64,000 nucleotides of DNA from Octopus vulgaris. Taxonomy: Eukaryota. Shown here piece by piece: positions 1-14,891 of the stretch (positions are counted from its first letter, which is position 1; every line of letters begins with the position of its first letter). A program made the translations under genes and the position numbers. The stretch spans positions 14,818,001 to 14,882,000 of the forward strand of contig OX597831.1 of NCBI GenBank assembly GCA_951406725.2, in the 5' to 3' direction. The notes beneath the pieces were generated by a model, which saw only the letters and a list, made by a program, of their open reading frames with translations, made no database searches and was not told where the DNA came from.

Positions 1-1340
1 CCAATCTGTCAGTTTGTCTGTCAGTCTGTGTTTGTGTGTGTGTGGAGAGAGAGTGAGAGAGACAGACAGAGACAGAGACAGAGAAAGAGAGAGAGAGAGA
101 GGTAGAGAGAGAGAATGAGCGTTCGAGCGACAAACGAATAAAAGAAATGTTAAAATGATTAGATAGATATAAGTAGACTTCTCCGTATGTGGCTGTCGGC
201 ATTAAGACAGAGACAGAAGAGAATGCTTTGAGATTCATATCTTGAAATGGAATATTATATAAACGGTGACATGTATCATAAGACGGAAAGAATATGGAAG
301 AAACTGATGAAAGAAAGAAAGAAAGAAAGAAAGGAGGATGAAATTTAAGAAAGACTGGACTCTAACATCAATGCTGGAATGAGAAATTGTAATATCAGTC
401 AGAGAGAGAATGGGAGTAAGAGGGGAGAAAGAGAAAGAGGAGAGAGATATGTGAATAGAGAAAGAGAGAGAGAGAGAGAAAGAAAGATGTATAGCGTATA
501 TTAGAATGTGATAATTATATCTTGGAATAAGTGAATGGCTATTAATTGATGGCTAACGAAAAGCAGCAAGTTAGGAAGGAAGGAAGAAACGAAGGAAGGA
601 AATCAGCAAAGGAAAAAAACGAAGAAAAAAAAAAACGGAGGAAGGAAGCCAGAATGGAGAAAAGAACTGTTGCAAAAAAAGAACGAAGCAAAACAAAAAG
701 AAAAGACAAATAAAGAGAAAATAAAATAGAGGAAAGGAGACATGGCCAAGAAAAGAATAAAAAGGTCAGCCACAAAACAAGCAAATGCATAAAAAATATT
801 ATAAAAGTACATAACACAACAGCCATACTGAAAAAAAAAACAATCAATGAGAAATATAATAAACCATAATTATACAAAATATATAAATAGCGAAATTAAT
901 TAAAATGAAACACTCTCCATCGCATCATCAACAAATCTGTTGCATTTTCTTTAGAAACCTATAATATTTCCTGGATGGAGATGTCGTCGTGTCAGAACCC
1001 ATCATTTAAATATCTTTATTAGCGAAGTTAGAGGATTTACGCCTGGAAACTTTCCTGATATTCTTCCAATGTTTAGCAGAACTTTTATTGTGGTTTTCGT
1101 TCGTTACTTAATTTAGTAATTTTATTGCCAGCAATATTTTACCAGTATTCGTTTTTTATTGCCACTGCTGCTGCTGGTGCTGCTGGTGCTGCTGGTGCTG
1201 CTGTGGTTGTTGCTGTTGTTATTGTTGCCGGTGTTGTTGTTGCTTTACTAAATGATACGAGACAGGTGTTTACTTTCAATAGACATTTCGCCTCCCCCTA
1301 TCGACTTTCCCCAACATTTTATCTTTTAATATCACGCGAC

Positions 1341-1344
<4 letters not shown>

Positions 1345-1437
<93 letters not shown>

Positions 1438-1524
1438 ATATATGCATATATATACATACATTTGTATATATGTATATAGATATGTATATATATACATACA
1501 TATGTATACATATATATATATATA

Positions 1525-1577
<53 letters not shown>

Positions 1578-1660
1578 GTATATATATACATATAAATTTA
1601 TATATACACATACATACATTCAATTCATATGTATATATTTATATATATATATACATGTAT
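1345..1660. repeat. (AT)n/(GT)n compound microsatellite; representative of dozens of similar tracts (e.g. 6500-6900, 19890-20190, 24420-25470, 37000-37460, 45490-45720, 50450-50680, 52880-53260, 56280-56670)
   Basis: Seen directly; these tracts produce the [11 protein letters not shown] ORFs in the ORF track. Confidence 0.98.
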
Positions 1661-2204
1661 ACGTAAATATGCGTGTATGTATGTCTACATCATTATGTAA
1701 ATTATCATACGATTTTATTGATATATTTGTGTGTGTGTGTGTGTGTGAATGTTTGTACGATTGTATATCTGAGCTCGCGAGCGTTCAAAATGAATGAGCT
1801 GTCGCAAATAAAAGAGTATTTAGGCAGAAGCGAATTGGTAAACCAAAGAGTAGGAATCCAATGTTTGCCTAGAACGGCTTCCATAGTCGAAGCAAGAGAA
1901 AGAAGTGTTGGCAAAATCCAAGTTCTTTTGTAAGGAATGAGTGCAAAAAAAAAAAGAAACGACAAAAACAAACAACCATAGTAAATAGAATATTGTTTGA
2001 CCATACAAGTAATATAGAATTCCGAAATAGATATTTTTGAAGTGTGTTGTCTCTTGAGAATTTGGAGTATAGATAGGATTTTGGATAAACTGTGTGATTG
2101 TTCATTTAAATCATGCAAAAGCGATTTATGATATATTTGGCCGCAAACAAACCAACACTGGGTCTGAAGCGGTGGTGGGTGACAAACACAAAAACACGCA
2201 CTTG

Positions 2205-2528
2205 CATACATACATACATGCATACATACATACATACATGCGTACATACACGCAAACATACATACATACATACTTACATGCGTACATGCGTACATGCATA
2301 CGTACATACATGTATACATACATACATACATACGTACATACATGTATACATACGTACATACATGTATACATACATTCATAAATACTTCCTCAACACAGAA
2401 TTTTGTGCTTGGGAAACAAAGTTCTTACCAAGCAACTTACACCTCTATGTATGCGTACACACCAATACTTGAACTAAATCAATCTGTCTATGTATGTATG
2501 TATGTATGTATGTATGTATGTATCTATA

Positions 2529-2602
<74 letters not shown>

Positions 2603-2659
2603 GCTAGCTAGCTAGCTAGCTAGCTATCTATCTATCTGTCTGTGTGTCTGACTGTCTGC

Positions 2660-2742
<83 letters not shown>
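2205..2742. repeat. (ATAC)n, (TATG)n and (TATC)n tetranucleotide microsatellites (also 8453-8590, 17338-17660, 27720-27786, 28143-28433, 33224-33655, 43552-43740)
   Basis: Seen directly. Confidence 0.97.
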
Positions 2743-2743
<1 letters not shown>

Positions 2744-2744
2744 T

Positions 2745-2915
2745 TCTGTGTTGAAAATCCATCGGGATCAACTTCTCCTTTCATCCTTTCGGCGTCGGTA
2801 CAATGAGTGCCATTTGCGCACTGGGGTCCATGAAATCGAATTAATTCCCCCCCAACAAAAAAAAAAAAAACAAGACAAAAATCTGCAGACCTATTGCCGA
2901 AATTTGGAACAAGAT
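2745..2915 (+). mobile_element. Decayed SINE family A fragment
   Basis: cctttcatcctttcggcgtcggtacaatgagtgcca...cactggggtc matches the body of the younger copies at 21020-21650 and 63480-64000 (opposite strand). Confidence 0.65.
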
Positions 2916-4200
2916 GCTTCTGCCCATTTTTAGGTACAAATATGAGCGTGATATATTCGGTTTAAATGATGTCAACAATCGAACGGAGGCGTCATTGAAA
3001 TCCTGCTCATGATAGTTTTTAACTTCAAAACAAATCTTCAATTCTTTAGGGTCTGGTTTTGTCGATACTATCGATCTCAGCAGTTGTCTAGCACATTATG
3101 TTATCGATCATGGAAGGATGAAGCGGCGAGATTGGAGACCAGAGAGTTACGAGCCGGAAAAATTAACGCCATTTTTCTTTCCGACGACCTGACGATTCTG
3201 CCTGCTCGTCAACCATGGTTAGAAGGCAGACATTTTGAAGATTGGTAACTAATGAATACCATTGATTCCGATGCTTATGATTCTTTTTATAGACACCGAA
3301 GAGATAAAAGTAAAGTAGATTGCAGCAAGATTTGAACACAGAACAAAAAAAAAAGGGAAGAAATACGACAACGCACTTTTCCGACGCTCATATTTTAAAG
3401 GTAGACGGAATGTCGCTGAGCAATTTTTCCCGGAATGATAACAATTCTCTCTTCTCGTCGCCTTTATGTTCAATATAATGCTAAGCCTTCAAGTGCTATA
3501 CTTAACAGGAACTTATCTATGGAATTAAATCATAGACAAAACAATTTATATTAATTATATTGATAACAGTTCCAGTTATATTGATAACATTTGAACATGC
3601 TTGAATATGGACGGACATCAAAGGCATAAATTATATTCTTAACGCTTTTGACAAATCTGTAACATATATTTGAAACTGAATGGTGACAGCTCGAGTACCG
3701 CCGTTTACGTAAGCTAAACTATGTTTGAAAAGACAGCGAAGACATAATAATCGTCGTTTTAATGTAAGAAAACAACATAAAGAAGAACTATAAGTTTATG
3801 CATCGACACAAAAAATAAGAAAACGAACGGAGATATTCCACTTATCTCGCCAATGTATTAATAACGCAAGATTGTTCAAATGAATTACTTCCAGTTTTTA
3901 TATGGAAATGTAGATAGTGAAGAAATACGATATAAAGAGAATCTATTAAAAATAAAACAGGCGCAGATGGGAATATATTTGCCAGTTGATTTATGGAGCA
4001 ATTTCTGCAAATCGTTTCCTTTCCACACACGCATACAGGAGAACAAACCTACTTCGTTGGAGTTATGAACGTTTAGTTTCGTTATAGCTAAAATTGATTG
4101 AAAAACATATATAAAGCACTCATAAAAACATACACAAACACATTTATATATATGTATGTATGAATTTATGTATATATGTATATGTATGTATGTACGTAAG

Positions 4201-4240
<40 letters not shown>

Positions 4241-4389
4241 AATCAAGGAACGGCCATAATAGGCCATTCACCCACTAGAAATAACAGCCAAAAGCTTTAA
4301 CCGCAAAATAACATTAATACCGTAAGCCAGGAGAAAATTGAAAAATTGCAAAAGAATTCTACAAAATTTTTTTGCCACCCTATATTGAT

Positions 4390-4422
<33 letters not shown>

Positions 4423-4640
4423 TAATATCGGGGTAATAAAAATTACTTTAGAAATTCTTACTACCAGTGGCTTAGCGTGTAGAATAATTAGTCAATCGAC
4501 TATATATTTTTATAGTGTATTTTTATGAATAAATATATATCCCACTTTACAATGTTAATATGTGATGATTCTTTTACTAGCTCCGGTTGTTACTCTCCCT
4601 CTATCTCTCGCCTTTATTACAAACACACACGCACAGGCAA

Positions 4641-4683
<43 letters not shown>

Positions 4684-4956
4684 TCGTATATATAAGTTTT
4701 TTTCCTAGAGTGTGAGCGCTTCCCTTAAACCTTTTCAAACACACGTGTTCTTAAAGAGGAAGTCCTTATTTTTGTGGTTGTGGTAATACCATTTTCGCTT
4801 TATTTTCGCTCTTTCGGTTTCGGTCATAAATATTCTTTTACCGCTGTTTATTATGTGGAGTGGTTTTGGCTATTTTCGGTTTAATTTCGGATTTAAAATT
4901 CCTATATAGTATTCTTCTTCTACCCTTCGTAGTTGTGCATTTTCATGGTTTATTTT

Positions 4957-5745
4957 CTAAAATGGGAATATTTTGAATTTTTCATTTGCACAGATACCTA
5001 GATGTTCACAGCATGGGACTTTCCTCAGAGATGGATCCCTAATTTGTTGTATAGGCACATTTACACGACTGGACAGTTTCCTTCCAGTCTCCCCAGTGCA
5101 GTTTACATTGCATTGTGGACATGTGATGCAGTAGATGAAGTCTTTTGTTTTGAAATTCATGTTTGCATTAACTTTTAATTCTTTCCCATTGTTGGGTCTT
5201 TTGCTTGTCCCTTGCTCAATTAATTCACTTGTTCCAGAACGGGGGTCTCCATATTTGATTGCTTGCATCGTTTTGTTTTCAAACCTGAATCTCGCCTTTG
5301 TTACGAATTTCTTGAACTAGGTAGTTGGCTTCGACTTTTGATAATTTTTGATTTTTTAAAATTATTCGTTGGAGATTTGGTGACTGATGTAGAATTGGGA
5401 GGTATTGTTTGGCCGAGCGTAGAATGCAGTGGGTTCTAGGGTTGTTGGTCACTACAAACGGAATATTTGTATTTATATTTTCTTTTTCACACCTAGCCTG
5501 AATGATTCTTCGAAAGGAAGACATCGGGATTTCCTTTGCTTCTGCCATGGCATGTTGAATTAACGTGTTGGGATATTTTTGCTTCCGAAGGAATATGTTA
5601 AGATTTGCCATTCTCGATTATCTCGTGTAACAGTATTTGTGACTATTGAGTAAAATCACCTTGCCACATAGAATGGTATGTTGCTTTTGGTATGGAAAGG
5701 GTGGTATAACCTAAAATGTAAATATTGGTACGTGTGTGTATAAAT
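4957..5745 (-). pseudogene. Penelope-like retroelement remnant (RT C-terminal/thumb region plus GIY-YIG endonuclease), with stops and frameshifts
   Basis: Minus strand reads TYQYLHFRLYHPFHTKSNIPFYVAR*...FLRKQKYPNTLI...IPFVVTNNP, then FIYCITCPQCNVNCTGETGRKLSSRVNVPIQQIR...EHLGIC...FKIFPF. This matches the PLE YLHFxSxHP and IYxIxCxxC..YxGET..L..R..H patterns. Confidence 0.88.
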
Positions 5746-6052
5746 ATACACGACCGAGAGGTTGAAGAAAAGTTTCTGTCTCTCGCTGACAGAAAATACA
5801 GCGGGGTCAGTTAAATATAATCTTATCCAAAATATTTACGCACGTATTGCAGCGTCCTTTCACTTTTACAAAGAACTGTAAAAGAACTGGGAAAGTTAGT
5901 CCTCCAACCAGATCTTTAGCAAAACCCTTCAATCCAAGAACCCTTAAACATTGCCTCGTATTTGCATATATATATTTACATAAACGAATATATAATTATA
6001 CATATATATATATATATATATATATGTTTATATAATATATATACACATATAA

Positions 6053-6087
<35 letters not shown>

Positions 6088-6496
6088 TGTGTGGTGTATG
6101 TATGTATAATTTTGTGTTTTGGAAATAAGAAAATTATACAAGCTTGTATGTTCAAATATAATAAAAACGATTTTATATTAATCTCAGGGGGTTACTCTAT
6201 ACTTTGTACTGTGTGGAACTTCGGAATCACACTGAACGTTATTCTTGTTTAACACAGAACACACGCACATACGCACACACACACACTTATATATGCATAT
6301 AAACAAACACATAAACGTGTGTGTGTGTGGTATAGAGAGAGGAATGAAGGGAAATAAAGTAGACTGCGCAAAGCAAAACACTTTGCAATTTCTTCTCAAA
6401 TAATTTGATATCAATTTCTTTTCTTAGTTTGTTTCCCATTTTCTTATGTGTCACTACTTGAACACGTATAATCAAACGGCATTGGCATTTATACAT

Positions 6497-6553
<57 letters not shown>

Positions 6554-6766
6554 CCCACACATATATATAGATATATACATATACATATGTATATGTATAA
6601 ATGTATATGTATATCTGTACATATATACATATATTTATATATATATATATACATACACATATATTTATATATATATACGCATAAATATATATATGCATAT
6701 ATATATATATGTGTGTATATATATACATATACATATATATGTATGCATACATATATATTTATCTAT

Positions 6767-6802
<36 letters not shown>

Positions 6803-6959
6803 CATATATATCTACTTATGTATAAGCAGATATATGTATATAGACATACACACACGCACACACACACACACACATACACATATATATATATTTAAAAACA
6901 CTCATAGAGAGTGTGTGCTTGTGTGTGTTTCTACATTTGAGTGTATAGGTTTTCTCTCT

Positions 6960-7006
<47 letters not shown>

Positions 7007-7469
7007 ATACACTCACACATACACATATGCACACATATTGGTACACACAAAGTCACAAGCGCGCGCACCCACATACACACGCATGAATGTATGTGTGTTT
7101 GTGCTCGGCAACTGTTTTTTTCTTTCACGGAATGAACATTTAATACTCGAAACAAATTGAATATAACTTTTTTTTTAAATATTTTGTTATTTCGAATTCT
7201 TCATGAAATGATTAAATTCCATTATATACGTAAAGCATTCGTGCGTTTACACTCACACATACGCACACGCAAACACGCACGGGCACACATATACCTACTC
7301 ACACACACCCTGACTGCTAGCATACACTGACAGAGAGATAGAGAGTGAATGAGAGGGAGAGAGAAAGAGAGTGAGAGAGAAACAGTGAGTGAATGAGAGA
7401 GAAAAATTAATGGAAACTAAAGTAAGAAGCCTGTAGTTTTATCCAATCCAAAGATATCTTATTGATTAT

Positions 7470-7820
7470 ATTGATTTCAAATTCTTCGTTACGGCCAGCA
7501 GATTCGGAGAGGTAAGGAGGTTAGTCAATTACATCGACCCCAGCACTCAAGGTCCACCTAGGCGAACGTAATGATGGACGAAATACCTATATCTTTACTG
7601 CCCACATAGGGCTAAACACAGAGAGAACAAACAAAGACAGACAAACGGATTAAGTCGATTATATCGACCCCAGTGCGTAATTGGTAGTTATTTAATCGAC
7701 CCCGAAAGAATGAAAGGCAGAGTCGACCTCGGCGGAATTTGAACTCAGAACGTAGCAGCAGACGAAATACTGCTAAGCACTTCGCCCGGCGCGCTACAGA
7801 TTCTGCCAGCTCGCCGCCTT
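7470..7820 (-). mobile_element. tRNA-derived SINE family A (OR1-like, tentative name), partial dimer
   Basis: Reverse complement begins aaggcggcgagctggcagaat (A-box-like head) with B box gagttcaaattcc and body gcctttcattctttcggggtcgat...; other copies occur in the window. Confidence 0.88.
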
Positions 7821-8452
7821 AAACCCGAATATTATTCAAATATATCTTTATATATATTTACATATCTGAGCATACATATATACACACACATTCATACACA
7901 CGCACACATATTTAGCTGGTGCAGAACTCAATACATCTATGATCCAGAACACAATGGTATATGAGTAGAGAATGGCAATAGAAAACAATGATTGGACACA
8001 GACAGAAGCCAGATATTTTGTAATGGACTTCAGTGGCTTACAGCTGTTTTTGCTATGGCATATGGCGGACTCATTTAACCCAGTGCCAGGATATCGTCCT
8101 ATAGTTTCATCAGAGCTTTGAATATGGCGTGCACTTTATTTGGGAAAGTTTCGTTTTCAGGACATACTGTTGTTAGAAGTAAGAAAGTTAATGTTGATGG
8201 TTATGACAATTTATATCGCAAGTTACAAAATGCGCCAAAGGTAAAAATTAAAAGGGATATATATATATATGTGTGTGTGAGTGTGTGTGTGTGTGTGTGT
8301 GCGTATAATAATACTTTGAGGGAATATTATTCGAAACTTGCAGGGAAAAATTTAATTTAGAAATACTAAATCAAATTTCACAAAATATAATATATATATA
8401 AATTAGAAAAAAACACCTTTTATCAATTCAAAATGTAAAATTAAATTTCACC

Positions 8453-8594
<142 letters not shown>

Positions 8595-9074
8595 GCATTA
8601 TATACACATACGTGCACCCGCCCCACACATATATGTGTATACATATGTATATACTCTATGATAGTAAGTGGGTAGATATTCTAGTATATATTGCCATAGC
8701 TTATACCTTTTATAGAATGGGAGTGAAGGGCAAAGCATAAAGTAAGGCTGTGTGCCAATCCTCTGGCCCTCGCCGTTCCATCTACTAGCAGGTTAATCCT
8801 GCCGACGAAGAGTTAATCCTTGTAGCGTATAAAAGATGAGTAACAGGATTAGTTGTGACATTCTCGGGGAAACTCGAGATCAAAATGAACAGAACGTTTT
8901 GTTACAAAGGACGTTCAACAAAGTGGTATTTCCTAATAAATTCCTAGTCTGAAAATGCTTGTGAAAGCATTAACATTTCCGGATAAACACTATAGGCTAC
9001 GGAAATGCCATCTACTGACCCGGTCCGAAAACACCACTTTGAATAATAACGTAAAAGCGATATAGTCGTAATAA

Positions 9075-9450
9075 TACTTTCTAATTTATGCACACGGCAA
9101 TGAAATTTTGATGGAGGGGTCTAATCGTCTCTGTCAATCCTAGTGTTCAATGTGTACTTATTCAGTTCACCCGGAAATTCTGACGGATTTTGAACAGAGA
9201 ATTTAAGCATTGACGAAAAGCCGCCATGTATATCGATCGACGGGATAACTCATCTACCAGCTCGCAGCCGCAATAGAATGGTTTCAAATTTAAACCGTAA
9301 GGCAGAAGTTTTAAGAGTAGAAATGTTTGTCAATGCCATTGACCCCAGTTCTCGATTGGGGTCAACTACAAAGAAAAGAGATACAAAGCAAAAGAGTTGA
9401 AATAAGTATCGTTAAGTGTTTTGTTCGACGCCCCAACGATTCCTCTTGCG
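9075..9450 (-). mobile_element. Two old, highly decayed SINE family A-related fragments
   Basis: Residual motifs tttgaacagagaat, ctaccagctcgcagcc, attgaccccagt, tttgttcgacgccccaacgattc. Confidence 0.5.
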
Positions 9451-10585
9451 TGATCCCTCAGTAATACTAAAACATTCCAACAGCATTAATACCCTTTTCG
9501 ATTGAAATATATATATATGCATCGGTGGGAAATAACTGAACGAAAATCGGTATGTCGATCTTTCTATGGATATAATATAAAGTAGGAATAAATTTGCATT
9601 CGTCCCTCCACTAGAGGGAAGACAATGTCCTTGGATGTATTACTTCAACTAAATTCTTACAAGTGATGCTACAGCGTCAGTTGCTGTGAAATGTCTGAAA
9701 GCTCGCAGTAAAATAAAGAAAAAGAAAAAAAGAGAGTTTAGCAACCTAAATTAAATGGACATTCGATTTGAAAACGTATTGGCATTATCAATATTTCTAA
9801 CATTAAGCATCATTCTAGTTTTGCATGATTTGCCTGTATACTCCATCCCCCTCTCCCCCCTTTTCCCATCTCTCTCTATATTAACGTAAATAAAACAAGA
9901 AGAGAAAAGAAGAATTACCAGCATGGCTTATTTTTCCTCAGAAGCATCATGTTGAAAATGGCGCTTATCTGCTTTACTTTCTACATTGTACATTCCAGGA
10001 GAAAGACAGAAAGAATCACGTAGAGAAGATGGCGAATTGTTCCATTGGCTGGCCACAGTGTAAAATAATTATTTAGGAAAAATTATCGCAGCTTTGGACA
10101 GAATCGTCACATTGTCTCCCCATTGGTCATGTTTGTGTACAGCATCGTAAAGAGCTTTTGCCATGCAAGTGATACGGACATCAGCAATAGACTCCTGTGT
10201 ATTCATGCGGAGATATCAAACAGAATATATCATTTAATATCACACAGCCACGCTCTCTTCGTCATCGACATTATGGCACAGCTTCTTATATCTCTTTCAG
10301 AACAACGAATTCAATGCGTTAGACTGTGGGAGAAAAATATGGATATATAAGTATCTATTTCGATGTATGCATACACGGATAGTTCCCGTACATATACTTA
10401 AAAGCATATATCCATTGCATAAGATAGATTCAGGCATTATCGTTTAGTTACATCCGTGTTCATAACTCCGTGTGTATCTCCCTGTAGCTAGCTGTATACG
10501 TATGAGGTATATAATGTGTCATACATATACGTACAAGCATATACATATGCATCACAAACGCGTATGTATATGCGGTAACATAGAA

Positions 10586-10625
<40 letters not shown>

Positions 10626-10768
10626 TGTGTGTGTATGTGCGTGTTGCGCGCGTCTGTGTGTCTGCATTCACACAAACACACTTATATACATATATATATA
10701 TACATGCGTACATCTTCAACACTTGCGTATATAAAGCTATATCTCCCCCTATCCAGACTTATATATGC

Positions 10769-10823
<55 letters not shown>

Positions 10824-11184
10824 GGAATAGTTAATATGAAGTATATATATGTTTGTATGTGCGTAAAAGCAAATATATATATATATATATGTCTGTTAGC
10901 ACGCGTGTATATAAGGTTTATTCATGAACCTATATTTGCAGACGTAGTTAAAATATACATAATATTCAGACGCTAGCATAGAACATAAATTGGCAATTCT
11001 TGAGGCAAATAAACACACACACGCACACACACACACACACACACATGCATACTTGGAAATTACGTATTATTGACATATTCTACATCAAGACTATCCACAC
11101 ACATACACACACACACACATACACACATACACAAACACATAGACACAAACACATACATACGCACAAAATCACGACAAAGAAATA

Positions 11185-11545
11185 CTGATCTTTTAGCTGT
11201 TTCAGTAACTATATTGCGGCCATGCTGGGGCACCGTGTCGAAAAATTTTAGCCAAATTAATTGACTCCAGTCCTTTTTTATTTGTTCCAGAGTGGTAATT
11301 ATTCTTTCGGTCTCCTTGGCCGAATCGTTAATTTACAAGGGCATAAAAACGCCAACACCGGTTCTCAAAAAGGATGGGAGGAACAAACTAACACACACAA
11401 ACATGTAGATACGTCGAGATTCCTTTAGTTTCCGTCTACGAAATGCTGTCAGAATTTTAGACGATACTCGCCCAAACTGCAATGCAGGGGTTTTGAACCG
11501 GAAACCATGTGGTTGGAAGCAAACATCTTATCGCACATGCGCACC
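11185..11545 (-). mobile_element. Decayed SINE family B (CORE-like)
   Basis: tgtttcagt...gcggccatgctggggcaccg...tttccgtctac...gaaccggaaaccatgtggttggaagcaa is the reverse complement of the family B copies at 25471 and 35249. Confidence 0.8.
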
Positions 11546-13080
11546 AAAATTGCATCGAACCACAACGAATTTAATCATAAATTAATTGATATAGTGGTAT
11601 TACTGTAGAGAATGAGACACACCTATATATTGATATTTTTTAGTTGGCTGGAGTGGATCTTCTTCAAAGGGTAATGGTCTTCTAGAATGATATCCAGATA
11701 ATATCGTCCGTAGGCGAAGTGGTACCGCAATGAATGTCGCCTACCAGTGCCCGGCTTTTGCCATACCACGTGGAATATCACGGCTGATACTTCACCCCCA
11801 CGCATTCCCGGAGACTACCATTTACATCCCATTTCCTGTCATGCGCTGTTAACAATGTGTGGCAAGGAAATTAACTCTTTATTTATAAAACCAGTACAGC
11901 GCCTAAGAATATCAGACCTCAGCCCTTCTCAGTTTTAAATATATCCGTGTAGTTAAGGTGGAACACGATGATTTCTGTTGAAGCGAAGAAGGTCTGGCAT
12001 CACTCACTGATTGATATCTATAGATGTATTTGTAGGTCATGTCTTGGCTTCTTGTTGACGTTTTTTGATCGGCAGGCTCAGATGCGATTGTCACTAGCAC
12101 CATTGCATTTCTCTGCCTTTATTCCTTTATTACAAAAACGTGTTGGCCTGTCCGGAAGGGGCTTCTATTTGAATGTATCGCGGGTGAGTTTCTGATTGGC
12201 CCTATCCCTTGTCTTTTCCACGTGGTTCCCCGTTGGACAGTAGACCTTGGATATTCACACGTGATATCGATTGTGGTATGCTTTCGGCTACGGAACATAT
12301 TGCTAGGATAGCAGTCTAGCACGTCATTACATTTTGACGCAGATCTGCTGCAACCAGCTCGTTCTAATCCAGAAAAGCTATTGCAGAACTTATGCATAGT
12401 CTTTTAAGGACCTATTGCAAGGACATTCTAATTTGTATTCCTAATAGGTGAGTATAGATGGTCCTCAGAAGTAGAAACAGTCCCAGCCAACTCGGTTCAT
12501 GATATGACTCTGAAGCCTTATAGCGTGTTTTACAGCCCTCCCTCCCTTCCTCCCTCCCTCCCTCCCTCCTCCCTCCTTACCCCCCTCCACATCCCTCTTT
12601 CTATCCCAGACAAAGGAATTCGGGAAATATGTCAAATGGCAATATTTCGTACACAGCTGAATTAAGTTAGAACACCTTGAGAGTAATGAACTTGCCCAAG
12701 ACTTTAAATTGATGTTGGACAAAGTAACCCACATTGCTCATATTGAAGAACAGGACCCGAAACACGCATTTCGCAACTTTCTGTCGTACCACATGGAATC
12801 TCACAACCGAGAATCCCTTCCCACGCATTCTATGAGACCGCCGTTTACTTCCTGCACTATTTCCAGTCATGCGCTGCTAATAATGTCCGGGAAGGGAGAT
12901 AACTCACTATAAAAAACAGCCGTAGAACAACTCAAAATATCAAACTATATTAGTCGATAATTAGACTCACAGCAACACATAAGCAAGACGTAATCAAAAT
13001 TATGCTATTAGGCTCTATACGGTATTGAGTACTCTTCAAATTTCCACAGTTAACGCCAAACGTATATGTGATTGTACTTG

Positions 13081-13146
<66 letters not shown>

Positions 13147-13321
13147 TGTTAGCGAGAGAGAGAGAGTGAGTGATTGAAACGCATTTAGCTCCGTCGTCCA
13201 GACATTGTGCTCTTATAAGTGTTGCAAGTTTAACAATGGCATTTCCATTGAAAGTGTCAAGTACGAGACAACGTTTGGTATTTCTGTCACTTATTGACTG
13301 AGTAAACAAGAACGAAACCTT

Positions 13322-13700
13322 ATCACCACCACCACCCCAACCACCCCGCCGCATCAACATCATCATCGCCATCATCGTTGTCATCATCGTCATCATCGTT
13401 GTCATCATCAGCTTCATCATCGTCCTTGTCATCGTCGTGGTCGCCATCATCCTCATCATCATCGAAGTCATCCCCGTCGTCCTCCTTTCCTTCCTCCTCC
13501 CACATTCCTTCACCACCAGCTCCTCCTCCCCATTCCTCCACATCTTCCTCTTCCTCCTCCCCTCCACTCATCTCCTTCCTCCGCCTCCTCTGATCTCCTT
13601 CCTCCCCCTCCTTTTCCCTCCTCATCTTCATCGTCATCATCATCATCATCTCCTCACCGTCCATAGTGAAACATCGCCACCATCACCGCCGCCACCGTTC
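13322..13700. repeat. (CAT)n/(CCT)n/(CAC)n trinucleotide low-complexity tract (similar tracts at 16050-16360, 42540-42830, 55620-55990)
   Basis: Seen directly; ORFs on both strands are homopolymeric. Confidence 0.9.
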
Positions 13701-13977
13701 TAATTAAAATGTCAGACACCATAACATTTCAATGTCTGTTGTTCTTGTTGTTGTTGCTGTTTTTATCCTGTGTTATTCTTCTTCTTGTTCTTATTAGTGT
13801 CACTGCCTTTCTTACAGCTGCTTTCCTCTCCGTGCCTGTTGCTGCTGCTGCTGCTGTTGCTGCGGCTGTCGTCTTCCTTCTAATAATTGATATTGTTGTT
13901 GCTACTGCTGTCTTTTTGTTGTTTATCACCCTGGCGTCATGTAGGCTGCAATTGTTGTTGTTATTTCTTTTACCTTT

Positions 13978-14125
13978 TTTACTTGTCTCAGTCATAAGAC
14001 TGCGGCCATGCTGTAGCACAACCTTGACGTAGTTTTTAAAGTCGAATGTATCGAATGTATCAACCCCAGCACTTTTCTATCGATCCCTTTCGCCAAAACG
14101 CTATGTTACACGGACGTAAACACAG
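13978..14125 (-). mobile_element. SINE family B 3' fragment
   Basis: tttacttgtctcagtcataagactgcggccatgctgtagcac...cgccaaaacgctatgttacacggacgtaaacac. Confidence 0.75.
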
Positions 14126-14174
14126 GCACACACAAACACACAGGCTTCACAGGCACATAGGTGTATATGTGTGT

Positions 14175-14214
<40 letters not shown>

Positions 14215-14596
14215 TAGACAAAATGAGATAACAAAACCAAGGCTGTGGAGGAGTTTTCAGGACATTTATAAGGAAAAAGATATAGATATCGTCTTCCAGA
14301 TGATTCTGGGATATTATGGAAATCCCTTCATTAGAGATGATAGGAGAGATAGTTAGAGGGAAATATTTGAAGTAAGGAATTATTATGGAAAATGAGGCGA
14401 TAGGGAATAAGAGAATGAAAGAAAAAGTAAAATATAAAATATATAAAGATATTGTAGTTGCAGTTCCATTATTCGAAGAAAGTGGTGTATAGGAGTGGTA
14501 AAAAAAAAGTTTCCTCTACATCGTATGTAAGTTGGCGGTCTGTTCATAACACTTAGTCTTACCTGCCATTCTTTGGGTCTTCTAGATACCAATACT

Positions 14597-14643
<47 letters not shown>

Positions 14644-14891
14644 TATAGGAGAAAGGGGTACGTTACGCCGCAATAATATATGTATAAAAATTATATATAA
14701 AAATTACAAAAGGGGACAAGAACGCAAACCACACAAAGAGACGGCACAAAAAAAAAAAACAGACGGGTCATTCGAAGCTTCTAATCTTCAGTCGGGAACC
14801 GGATCATCTTTATTTATATATTATAAATATTATTTATATATATATATATATTATATAATATATATAATATATTATTTACTTTTATATTATA

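Noticed and set aside
8795-8885. Hammerhead-like CCGACGA...GAAACTCGAGATC
   Set aside because: Core U4 is mutated, there is an extra base before the cleavage triplet, and no helix I; unsupported without a family consensus.
12950-14032. Acidic, Ser-rich and Leu-rich ORFs (also 16132-16552, 42242-42977, 55618-56184, 542-877)
   Set aside because: Trinucleotide or purine-rich low-complexity DNA with overlapping ORFs on both strands and no domain.
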